Positions 16,464 through 24,788 of a DNA stretch of 36,476 nt are shown here, piece by piece. Under the pieces are notes generated by a model. That model saw only the letters and a list, made by a program, of their open reading frames with translations, did no database searches and was not told the origin of the DNA. A program made the position numbers and the translations under genes. This stretch comes from Gemmatimonadales bacterium. Lineage in GTDB: Bacteria; Gemmatimonadota; Gemmatimonadetes; Gemmatimonadales; GWC2-71-9. The first letter of the stretch is position 1; each line of letters opens with the position of its first letter. Location of the stretch: contig JANMSC010000087.1 of assembly GCA_031388885.1 (NCBI GenBank), forward strand, positions 1 through 36,476, given 5' to 3'.

Positions 16464-17831
16464 CTAGTTCCGCACCAGCCTGGCCGCCACCCGCTCCGCT
16501 GCCCGTACGCCTCCCCGCATGGCGTCGGCCACTGACGATCCATCCCGCCAGGCCCCCGCGAAGGCGATCGCCGGGTGCGCCGACTCGACGTCGTCGGCCG
16601 CCTGCAGCCGCGCGGCGTGGCCTGCGACGGGCTGCGGCAGGGCGTCATGCCAGCGGGTGATCTCGGTGAACACCGGTTCGCCCTTCGCGCCGAGGAGGTG
16701 CTCCATCTCGCGGCGGACGACAGCGCGCAGGTCGCCGTCGTCGGCGCTCACCAGGTCGCGGTGGCGCACACCACCCGCCATGCTTGTGAGGAGCACGTGA
16801 TCTGCCGGCGCGCGTCCGGAAAACATCGTGGCTGGAAACGCAGTCACGAGTACGTGACGTCGTTCACTTGCGGGTACGAGCATGCCACTCCCGTCCAGGG
16901 CATGCTGCACCGCGGTGCGGCGATACCCCAACGTGACCGTCACCACCGACGCGAGCGGCATCCCAGTGATGAGCGAGAACAGGCCAGCGTCGATGCCGTC
17001 GATCGTGATCCGATCGAGCGCGGGCAACGGCACCGCAATCACGGCCGCATCGTAGCGGTGCCGCTGCTCTCCCGACCCGACCGCAACACCGGGTGCCATG
17101 AGCGAAACGCGATCGACGGCGGCGGCCACGCACCGCTCGGGCCCGAGTGCGGCAGCAAGTTGCGTGGCCACATCACCAGCGCCTGTGGCCCCGGTCCACG
17201 GCCCGCGGTGTCGTTCGGTGCTGGCACGACGGCGGGCCTGCATCCCCGCGCGCATCGCGCCGCGAAGCACTGAGCCACCGTCGCGCTCGTAGGCCACATG
17301 CGCCGGGAAGAGCACGCGTGCCAGCAACTGTGTGACATCACCGCCGGTGCTGCTCGCGACAATCGGCTCGATCATCCGCATCGCGACTTCACTACCGAAT
17401 CGTCGGCGAGCGAACGCATCGACGGACTCGTCGTCATTCACTGGTCCTGGGGCCAGGAACGGTTCCTTCAGGAGGCGGAGCCGGCCTCGGACCGACAGCA
17501 GCGGCGAGGCGACCAGCTCACCGGGCGACAACGGGACCGCGATCGGGACACCGTGATGTACCACGAACCGGCGACGTACCTCGGGAGCGACACGCACGCT
17601 GCGCTCCGTTACGCCAGCGGCCTTGAGCAGCGTCCGAACCGGCGCCTCGGGCTCAGCGATGGTATGTGCCCCCGCTTCCACCACCCAGCCGCCGCGCCGC
17701 ACCGTCTGGAGCATGCCGCCGATGGCGTGTGACTCGAAGAGGTGCACCTCGCAGTCGAGTTCGAGGAGGCGGTGCGCCGCCAGGAGTCCGCTGGCTCCCC
17801 CGCCGATCACCGCGACGTGCGGGCGGGTCAA
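16464..17831 (-). CDS. hemY: Protoporphyrinogen/coproporphyrinogen oxidase (HemY-type FAD amine-oxidase fold)
   Basis: (TTG)TRPHVAVIGGGASGLLAAHRLLE...HLFESHAIGGMLQT... dinucleotide-binding opening, with HemY-like length and C-terminus. The TTG start at 17831 avoids overlap with the upstream lipoprotein gene. The track start at 18098 is an Arg/Ser/Thr-rich non-coding-looking extension. Confidence 0.8.
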   Translation of the reverse strand: MTRPHVAVIGGGASGLLAAHRLLELDCEVHLFESHAIGGMLQTVRRGGWVVEAGAHTIAEPEAPVRTLLKAAGVTERSVRVAPEVRRRFVVHHGVPIAVPLSPGELVASPLLSVRGRLRLLKEPFLAPGPVNDDESVDAFARRRFGSEVAMRMIEPIVASSTGGDVTQLLARVLFPAHVAYERDGGSVLRGAMRAGMQARRRASTERHRGPWTGATGAGDVATQLAAALGPERCVAAAVDRVSLMAPGVAVGSGEQRHRYDAAVIAVPLPALDRITIDGIDAGLFSLITGMPLASVVTVTLGYRRTAVQHALDGSGMLVPASERRHVLVTAFPATMFSGRAPADHVLLTSMAGGVRHRDLVSADDGDLRAVVRREMEHLLGAKGEPVFTEITRWHDALPQPVAGHAARLQAADDVESAHPAIAFAGAWRDGSSVADAMRGGVRAAERVAARLVRN

Positions 17832-17856
17832 CGCGCGGCGCGCCGGAGCGGTCGCG

Positions 17857-18240
17857 TCATCGCGGGGCAGCCACGCGGACGCCGTAGGGCGCGGGGTCAA
17901 GCAGCGCGAACGTCGTTCCATCAGCAATCTGCTCGACGCTCGCGACATACTGACCGGCGTGTGCCATGTCGGCAACGTGGATCTGGGCGAGTGTGCCGCT
18001 GGCCATCGGCCCGACGACGAGGATGTGGACTCCGGAGGCGTCGGTGTTCGACGTGATGTCGTAACCCGGCGCCGCCGTGACGCTATCGATCGGACCACCG
18101 CTCACGGTGATGATGATCGCTCCGTCGGTGTCCCGGGGGGCATCCAGCATGATGGGGAGCAGCCCACCAACGGGCGCCGGCGCGACGTCGGCGGCGCACG
18201 CTGCAAGGGTCAACGCGAACGCGACGAGTACCCGGCGCAT
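17857..18240 (-). CDS. Small lipoprotein, unknown function, translationally coupled to the M6 protease
   Basis: MRRVLVAFALTLAAC lipobox. The ATG at 18240 overlaps the protease TGA (ATGA). GC3-rich frame. Confidence 0.65.
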   Translation of the reverse strand: MRRVLVAFALTLAACAADVAPAPVGGLLPIMLDAPRDTDGAIIITVSGGPIDSVTAAPGYDITSNTDASGVHILVVGPMASGTLAQIHVADMAHAGQYVASVEQIADGTTFALLDPAPYGVRVAAPR

Positions 18241-20495
18241 CAGCGCGTCACCCCGCTGGCCCGCAGCCGCGTGAGGGCAGGCGGGATGGCCTGCCGTGTC
18301 CGGCGCAACCACGCCAGCAGGTCGCCGAGGTCATACCCACCGTTGCGATTGCCCGTGGTATCGAGATACGCCGTCGCGGACCCGGAAAGCGCGGTCCCGC
18401 CGAGGAGTGCGCGGGTGGCGACAACCGGATCGACCGCGACTGGCGCGATGAACTCGGCTGTCACCGACCAGGGACGGTGCATCGTGAGATCGAGCATTGG
18501 TTGCGCCGACACTGTGTCGCCCCTCCAGCTGACGAATTCCGCCCCACCCGTCGGCACCGCCGCGATCCGTGCCGACCTGCCGCTGGCGACAAACGTTCCC
18601 TCGCCGATCGCTGCAGGATACGTCGACGTCGCGGTCCCCGCCCCCGACACCCGGACCCGCAACTGGTGGAGCACATCGAACCCCGCCTGCAATTCGGGTG
18701 GCGGGTCGGTACCGATCGCCAGCGTTCGCGACCGCGGTCCGCCGTCGCTCCACCCCGTGAAGCGCGCGGCAGTCCGACCGACGAGCGACACCTGGAGTGT
18801 ATCCACCGTGATCGAGAGCGTGTCACCGGCCGCCACGATCTCGTTCCAGTGCGTCGTCGTCACCCCGTCGACCGTCACCCTGCCCTGTGGGATCCCCGAC
18901 GTCACACGCATGACCGCTCCCCGGACCAGCCGCACACGGACGCGGCCATCCGCCAGCGCCACGATGCGATCGAGACGGAGGCCAAGCGGCGCGAGCAGGT
19001 CCCAGTTTCGCGCAACCGGATCGCGCATCAACCCGAACGTCGTGCGTCCGCTCGTGCCGGGCCACGGATCGCCGCCATCGCCACGGTTGCGGTACCCGGT
19101 GATCGACGAGCGGAGCTGCTCGAGACCGTCGGCCTGAATCAGCGCGACACCCGGGTTGCTCCCCACGTTGACCGTGTTGCTCGACAGCGTCGACGCGATA
19201 CGCGGTGCGTCGATGCGCCAGACCAGAAGGCCCGGCCCTTTCGCCCGCTTGAACGCCGGGTTCATCATCGCGGTATCGGGGCCGATCGCCTGACGATTCT
19301 CAAGCAGCAACGCAACGCCGGGCAGGTCTGTCGCGACGTGATAGACCGTATCGCTGAGCTGCACGGCACGCGCATCGATCGTGCGCCCGGATGCGAGTGT
19401 GTCCACCGCAACCCAGCCGAGTCGCACCAGCGACCATGCCTCGAAACTCGACGGCGACGATGGCCGGGCATAATTGCCGGAGCCCATCAGCCCCCATTCG
19501 CCGATACCCTCGGTGCCCCCGCCACGATCAGTGTCATACAAATCAGGCAGTCCGAAGGCGTGCCCAGTCTCGTGGGCCACGGTGCCGATGGGCATGATCG
19601 CGTCTGGCGTGCACGCCCCGTTGCCACCGAGCGCGCTCTGCATCGTGTAGGAGTTGACCCGAAGGAATTCCCCAGGCATCGGGAGCCCGTTGGGCCCGCG
19701 ACGGGGCGTGCGGGTGAGATACGCGCTACCGATCCATCCCTGGATCGTGAATCGGTGGGCCCAGATGCCCGGACCCCCACACGCACCGTCGATGCGCGGC
19801 TGCAGGAACGTCACCAGGTCCACCACGCCGTCGTCGTCACCCGAGTTGGGCGATCCGTCGGGTCCGTCGTTGTCGAAGGCGTTCCACTCGACGTCGCCGT
19901 CGGGGCGACGCGAAACCGAATCAAGCACGGCGACGAGCAGTTCGGCCATCCGGCTGACCGGGCGTGCAACGCACGGCGCGTACACGCCGATCCCGTTGCA
20001 GCCGTCCTGATAGTAGGCAGCCGTGCCATCGAGCGGGGTCCAATCGAACACCTGTCCATCAATCACGACGTTGCCGCGAGACGCCAGCGCGTAAAAACTC
20101 CGCAGCGAGAACGCGCGTCCGACGGCGACCGCACTGAAGAAGAGGTCTTGATACTGGGCGCGATTGAACTGGCCTGCCGCATCACGAAACTCGAACGGAA
20201 CGACGGGAAGGAAGTACCGCCCTCGAACGGTCAACGCGGGGGCGTTGAGCCGCGCCAACGCCCCGCCCCGGAGCGCGGCCGCACGCTCCGCGGCGATCCG
20301 CTCTGCGGTGCGTCGCCATCCGCCAGTCACGGCAATGTCAAAGCCCCTGATCTCGAATTCTCCGGGCCGCGCCCGGGGCCAGGACTGTCCGACGGCGATC
20401 TGCGCGATGCAAGTGACCAGAAATGCGGCAGCCAAGCTCCCCCGGTGAACCAGGTGAAACCTTCGCTTCAGCCCTGATTCCGCTTGTGCCACCAC
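18240..20495 (-). CDS. M6-family (immune inhibitor A-like) secreted metalloprotease with C-terminal repeat domains
   Basis: HETGHAFGLPDLYD zinc motif typical of M6. Two F/V-x-W-x-G/D-type repeats (ARFTGWSDGG, AEFVSWRGDT). C-terminal dockerin/EF-like loop DTTGNRNGGYDLGDLLAWL. The start is uncertain (GTG at 20495/20492 or ATG at 20543). Everything upstream in the track ORF is antisense to the spt-like gene. Confidence 0.8.
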   Translation of the reverse strand: MVAQAESGLKRRFHLVHRGSLAAAFLVTCIAQIAVGQSWPRARPGEFEIRGFDIAVTGGWRRTAERIAAERAAALRGGALARLNAPALTVRGRYFLPVVPFEFRDAAGQFNRAQYQDLFFSAVAVGRAFSLRSFYALASRGNVVIDGQVFDWTPLDGTAAYYQDGCNGIGVYAPCVARPVSRMAELLVAVLDSVSRRPDGDVEWNAFDNDGPDGSPNSGDDDGVVDLVTFLQPRIDGACGGPGIWAHRFTIQGWIGSAYLTRTPRRGPNGLPMPGEFLRVNSYTMQSALGGNGACTPDAIMPIGTVAHETGHAFGLPDLYDTDRGGGTEGIGEWGLMGSGNYARPSSPSSFEAWSLVRLGWVAVDTLASGRTIDARAVQLSDTVYHVATDLPGVALLLENRQAIGPDTAMMNPAFKRAKGPGLLVWRIDAPRIASTLSSNTVNVGSNPGVALIQADGLEQLRSSITGYRNRGDGGDPWPGTSGRTTFGLMRDPVARNWDLLAPLGLRLDRIVALADGRVRVRLVRGAVMRVTSGIPQGRVTVDGVTTTHWNEIVAAGDTLSITVDTLQVSLVGRTAARFTGWSDGGPRSRTLAIGTDPPPELQAGFDVLHQLRVRVSGAGTATSTYPAAIGEGTFVASGRSARIAAVPTGGAEFVSWRGDTVSAQPMLDLTMHRPWSVTAEFIAPVAVDPVVATRALLGGTALSGSATAYLDTTGNRNGGYDLGDLLAWLRRTRQAIPPALTRLRASGVTR

Positions 20496-20579
20496 CCTGC
20501 TGGCCGTAATTTCCCCCTTGCTCACGTCGCAAAGTTGAACCATTCGATCGCGAACTTCCACCTGTGGTCGCGAGGGCTC

Positions 20580-21788
20580 GTGGAGACCGAAACGTTGCAG
20601 ACCCCAGTGGCGCTCTTCGACAAGTGCCGGCAGTTCACCCGCGCCCGTGAAATTCAGGCGGCAGGGCTCTACCCGTACTTCAAGCCGATCTCGGAGTCTG
20701 AAGACACCGTCGTCGTCATCGAAGGCAAAAAGCGCATCATGCTGGGCTCGAACAACTACCTCGGGCTCACCCACCATCCCAAGGTCCTCGACGCCGCCAC
20801 CAAGGCCCTTCATCGTTACGGGGCAGGCTGCACCGGCTCGCGCTTCCTCAACGGCTCGCTCGACCTGCATGAACAACTCGAAACGGCCCTCGCCGAGTTC
20901 CTCGGCAAGGAATCGTGTATGGTCTTTTCTACCGGCTATGGCGCCAATCTCGGGCTGATCGCCGGGCTGCTCGGTCGGGGTGAGACGGTGTACCTCGACA
21001 AGCTCGACCATGCGTGCATTGTCGACGGCGCGAAACTCTCGTTTGGTGAGACCCAGCGATTCAATCACGGCGACCTCGCCGGCCTCGCCCGCAAGCTCGA
21101 GCAGAATCAGAGCGGCAAGGGCACGATGATCGTGGTCGATGGCGTGTACTCGATGGAAGGCGACATCGCTGACGTGCCCGAGCTGGTGAAGATAGCGCGC
21201 CGGTTCGGTTGTGCCCTTGCCGTCGACGATGCCCACGCCCTTGGCGTGCTCGGCCCGCGGGGCGACGGGACCGGCGCGCACTATGGACTGCAGCACGAGG
21301 TAGACATCATCGCGGGCACGTTTTCGAAGTCGCTCGCGTCGGTCGGTGGGTTCCTCGCCGGTGAAGATCAGGTGATCCACTATCTCAAGCACCACGCGCG
21401 CCCATTCATTTTCACGGCATCGCTGCCGCCGGCCAATACGGCGGGCGTGCTCGCCGCGCTCGAGGTGATGCAGCAGGAGCCGGAACGGCGCGATGCGTTG
21501 TGGGTGAACGCTCGCCACCTCCAGCAAGGGTTCACCGCGCTCGGCTTCGAGATCGGCCCGACCGAAACGCCGATTGTGCCGGTGCTGATCGGTCCGCTCG
21601 ACACGACGTTCCTTTTCTGGCGCAAACTGTACGACGCAGGGGTGTTCACCAACCCGGTGGTACCGCCCGCCGTGCCGCCGTCGCAGTGCCGCCTCCGGAC
21701 CAGTGTCATGGCGACGCACACCGCCGACCAGATCGACCAGTCGCTCGAAGCGTTCGGTCGGATCGGGAAGGAGTTGGGGGTTATCTGA
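20580..21788 (+). CDS. spt: PLP-dependent alpha-oxoamine synthase, closest in motif pattern to serine palmitoyltransferase
   Basis: GLYPYFKPI...IMLGSNNYLGL...STGYGANLG...VDGVYSMEGDIA...VDDAHALGVLG...GTFSKSLASVGGF (PLP Lys)...RPFIFTASLPP...LRTSVMATHTADQI. The FTASLPP block and the C-terminal LR-S-..-HT block resemble Sphingomonas SPT more than E. coli Kbl or BioF, judged from memory. GTG start at 20580 is proposed. The symbol is tentative. Confidence 0.75.
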   Translation: METETLQTPVALFDKCRQFTRAREIQAAGLYPYFKPISESEDTVVVIEGKKRIMLGSNNYLGLTHHPKVLDAATKALHRYGAGCTGSRFLNGSLDLHEQLETALAEFLGKESCMVFSTGYGANLGLIAGLLGRGETVYLDKLDHACIVDGAKLSFGETQRFNHGDLAGLARKLEQNQSGKGTMIVVDGVYSMEGDIADVPELVKIARRFGCALAVDDAHALGVLGPRGDGTGAHYGLQHEVDIIAGTFSKSLASVGGFLAGEDQVIHYLKHHARPFIFTASLPPANTAGVLAALEVMQQEPERRDALWVNARHLQQGFTALGFEIGPTETPIVPVLIGPLDTTFLFWRKLYDAGVFTNPVVPPAVPPSQCRLRTSVMATHTADQIDQSLEAFGRIGKELGVI

Positions 21789-21799
21789 GCGACGCGCCG

Positions 21800-22921
21800 G
21801 TGATCCGGCGCGTCGAGACGCCGCAGGATCTCGACCGTTTCATCGACCTGCCCTACCGGTTGCATCGGCGGGACCGCAATTGGGTCCCGCCGCTTCGCGC
21901 CGAAGTGCGCAAGCTGCTCGACCGCGCGAAGAACCCGTTTTTTCAGCACGGCGAAGCCGCCTACTTCCTGGCTGAACAGGGTGGCGCGGTGGTCGGTCGG
22001 ATCGCCGCCATCCACAACCGGCTGCACAACGAGATCCACGCCGATCACGTCGGGTTTTTTGGCTTCTTCGAATCCGTCAATGACTTCCGCGTGGCCGCGC
22101 CGCTGCTCGATGCGGCGGCGAACTGGATTCGTGCTCGCGGTCTCGACACCCTGCGGGGCCCGGCCTCGTTCTCGACCAACGACGAATGCGGCCTGCTGAT
22201 CGAAGGCTTCGACACCCCCAACACGATCATGATGCCTCACAACCCGCCGTATTACCTCACGCTGCTCGAGACCGCAGGATTCACCAAGGCGAAGGACCTG
22301 ATCGCGCTCGAAGGCGGATCAGCGGCCGGCCCGGTGGAGCCGCCACCGCGCACGACCCGCGCGGTCAACCTCCTGCTTGAGCGTTACGGCATCACGATCC
22401 GCACGCTCGACATGAAGGATTTCCCCGCCGAGGTCGAGCGGATCAAGAAGCTCTACAACGCGTGCTGGGAGAAGAACTGGGGTTTCGTCCCGATGACCGA
22501 AGCGGAGATTGACAAGCTGGCCGCTGATTTTCGGCCGGTGATTGTGCCGGGCATGGTGTCGTTCGCCGAAAAGGATGGCGCGCTGATCGGGTTCGGCATG
22601 AGCATTCCCGACCTGAACGAGGCCCTTCGATCGAACCGCGATGGCCGGATGTTTCCGGGTGCGCTCAAGCTGCTCTGGATGCTCAAGATGAAGAAACTCA
22701 CGCGCTCGCGGATCCTCCTCCTCGGCGTGGTCCCCGCATGGCGGGGCAAGGGCCTCGACAACGCACTGTGTCATCGCATCTGGCTCGGATCCGCGAAGAT
22801 CGGCATCGGGTGGGGCGAAGGTGGTTGGGTCCTCGAGGACAATCCCGCGATGCTCCAGGCGCTGAAGAAGAACGGCTTCGTCGAGTACAAGACCTATCGG
22901 CTGCTCGACCGCCCGACATGA
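21800..22921 (+). CDS. Large (about 370 aa) GNAT-superfamily N-acyltransferase, candidate bacterial ceramide synthase (bCerS-like)
   Basis: (GTG)IRRVETPQDLDRFIDLPYRLHRRDRNWVPPL... with a C-terminal acyl-CoA-binding GNAT motif VVPAWRGKGLDNAL. Starts 12 nt after the spt-like stop. Its TGA overlaps the next ATG. Confidence 0.7.
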   Translation: MIRRVETPQDLDRFIDLPYRLHRRDRNWVPPLRAEVRKLLDRAKNPFFQHGEAAYFLAEQGGAVVGRIAAIHNRLHNEIHADHVGFFGFFESVNDFRVAAPLLDAAANWIRARGLDTLRGPASFSTNDECGLLIEGFDTPNTIMMPHNPPYYLTLLETAGFTKAKDLIALEGGSAAGPVEPPPRTTRAVNLLLERYGITIRTLDMKDFPAEVERIKKLYNACWEKNWGFVPMTEAEIDKLAADFRPVIVPGMVSFAEKDGALIGFGMSIPDLNEALRSNRDGRMFPGALKLLWMLKMKKLTRSRILLLGVVPAWRGKGLDNALCHRIWLGSAKIGIGWGEGGWVLEDNPAMLQALKKNGFVEYKTYRLLDRPT

Positions 22922-23892
22922 AGGCGCTGGTGACCGGGAGCACGGGATTTGTCGGCGGCCACCTCGTCGATCGGCTGCTGGCGCGGGGCGACACGGTCAC
23001 CGCGCTGGTTCGCAGTGAGACCCGCGCCGCCCGCCTCGCTGAACGCGGTGTGCGGCTGGTGACCGGCGACCTTGCCGATCAGGCAGCGTTGATCGCGGCA
23101 AGTGACGGACAGGACGTCATCTACCACGCGGCAGCGCTCACCGGGGCGGTGAACGAAGCGGCGTTTCTGGCAGTAAATCGTGACGGTACGGCGAACGTCG
23201 TACGCGCTGCCCGAAGCGTGGGGGGGTCGGCGCGCATCGTGCTGGTGAGTTCGATGGCGGCAGGCGGCCCAGCCCGGCGCGGGATACCAAAGCGTGATCC
23301 ATCGAACGACTCGCCCGTCACCATGTATGGTCGCAGCAAGCTCGCTGCCGAACGGGTGCTCGACGATGCTGCGACGCCGTGGGTCGTGGTGCGCCCGCCT
23401 ACGGTGTACGGCCCGCGCGACCGCGACAACCTGCTCGCGATCTTCAAGACGGCACGCTTCGGCATCGCCCCGATCTTTGGTGACGGTTCGATGGAGATCT
23501 CGCTGATCCATGTCGAGGACCTGGCCGACGCGCTGGTGCTCGCTGGCACGACCGCCGGCATCGAACGGCAAACGTTTTACGTCAATCACCCCGAAATCAC
23601 CAGCACCGCAACACTGGTGCGCCTGATCGGTCACGCGGTCGGTCGGTCGCCGACGCTGGTGCCGATCCCGCGTTGGCTGGCGCACACGGTGCTGACCGCG
23701 ACCGGCGGGATCGCCGCACTGCTCGGCCGCAGGACGATTCTCCGGGCCGACAAGACTCATGAATTCTTCCAGGACGCGTGGACCGCCGACCCAACGGCGT
23801 TCATCGCGGCGACCGGATGGGCACCGCAGTTCAACGCCGCCAGTGGGATCGCGCATACCGCCGCGTGGTATCGCGAGCAGGGCTGGCTCTGA
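22918..23892 (+). CDS. NAD(P)-dependent epimerase/dehydratase-family SDR, candidate ceramide reductase (CerR-like)
   Basis: MKALVTGSTGFVGGHLVDRLL Rossmann opening, YGRSKLAAE (YxxxK). ATGA overlap with the upstream GNAT gene at 22918-22921. Confidence 0.8.
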   Translation: MKALVTGSTGFVGGHLVDRLLARGDTVTALVRSETRAARLAERGVRLVTGDLADQAALIAASDGQDVIYHAAALTGAVNEAAFLAVNRDGTANVVRAARSVGGSARIVLVSSMAAGGPARRGIPKRDPSNDSPVTMYGRSKLAAERVLDDAATPWVVVRPPTVYGPRDRDNLLAIFKTARFGIAPIFGDGSMEISLIHVEDLADALVLAGTTAGIERQTFYVNHPEITSTATLVRLIGHAVGRSPTLVPIPRWLAHTVLTATGGIAALLGRRTILRADKTHEFFQDAWTADPTAFIAATGWAPQFNAASGIAHTAAWYREQGWL

Positions 23893-23903
23893 TTACCTCA
23901 CGG

Positions 23904-24788
23904 ATGCGGCGCGTCGACTGGATGATTTCGGGGTACGGTGTGTTCGTCGCCGCGATTGCACTGACGCGACTCGAGTTCGCTGGCACACCGCTCATCGTCC
24001 TCGGCCACCTCGCGCTCCCGCTCCTGGCCGTGCTCGCGGCGCATGCGCCCCCGACGCGCACCGGACGCTTTCTCAAGGCGTATTACCCGGTCATCCTGCT
24101 CACGGGACTCTACTCGGCCATCGACGTCCTGAACCGCTTCGGCACGACGCACGTGTGGGACGCACCGATCCAGCAACTCGAGGCGATGCTGTTCGGTGGC
24201 CAGCCGGCGCGCGACTGGTGGCGAGCGGCCCCAAGCGCGTTCTGGTCGACGATCCTGCACTCGGTGTACTTCTCGTACTACCTGATCGTTCCGCTGCCGC
24301 TGATCGTGTTTGCGGCGACTCGGCGCAACGTGGCGCGCGAGCGTTACGTCGACGGACTCATCGCGACCTTTCTGCTGTGTTACGTCTGCTACCTGCTGTT
24401 CCCCGTCGCCGGCCCGTACTACGAGTTTGCCCGCCCCGAGGGTGCGTTCGTGAGCAACGGCCCGGCCCACCTGGTGTACGCGATCCTCGAGCGAGGCAGC
24501 GCGTACGGTGCGGCGTTTCCGTCGTCGCATGTCGCCGCGACGGTGGCGGCGACGGTGGGCGCGTGGCATGGATCACGGCGGCTGGGCGCGCTGCTCGCCG
24601 TTCCAACGGCCCTGCTCGCAATCGGCGTGGTGTACTGCCAGATGCACTACGCCATCGACAGCATCGCGGGCGTCGCGCTCGGTTTGACCGTGCCGTTCCT
24701 TGTGACGGCCGGGCACCACGACGATGCGGGGACGCCCGATGGACGTCCCCGCATCATCACTACGGCCGGCAACGCGCTTACGGCGTGA
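23904..24788 (+). CDS. PAP2-superfamily integral membrane enzyme (PAP2_3 / inositol-phosphorylceramide-synthase-like)
   Basis: Multi-TM protein. AAFPSSHVAATVA (C2-like PSxH) and YCQMHYAIDSIAGVALG (C3-like HxxxD). Starts 12 nt after the SDR stop. Confidence 0.75.
   Translation: MRRVDWMISGYGVFVAAIALTRLEFAGTPLIVLGHLALPLLAVLAAHAPPTRTGRFLKAYYPVILLTGLYSAIDVLNRFGTTHVWDAPIQQLEAMLFGGQPARDWWRAAPSAFWSTILHSVYFSYYLIVPLPLIVFAATRRNVARERYVDGLIATFLLCYVCYLLFPVAGPYYEFARPEGAFVSNGPAHLVYAILERGSAYGAAFPSSHVAATVAATVGAWHGSRRLGALLAVPTALLAIGVVYCQMHYAIDSIAGVALGLTVPFLVTAGHHDDAGTPDGRPRIITTAGNALTA

Noticed and set aside
17832-18098. N-terminal extension of hemY
   Set aside because: It would overlap the whole 3' half of the small lipoprotein gene. 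The TTG at 17831 gives the standard short lead-in to the GxGxxG motif.
18477-20477. 666-aa plus-strand ORF
   Set aside because: It is antisense to the M6 protease, which contains the HExxH motif. The product is Arg/Pro-rich and low-complexity.
20496-21719. N-terminal 400-residue extension of the 1159-aa minus-strand ORF (track 18240..21719)
   Set aside because: This part is antisense to the spt-like gene and has no protease features. A signal-peptide-like segment and the M6 domain begin only after about 20495-20543.
22894-23856. 320-aa minus-strand ORF
   Set aside because: It is antisense to the SDR gene, which has clear Rossmann and YxxxK motifs.
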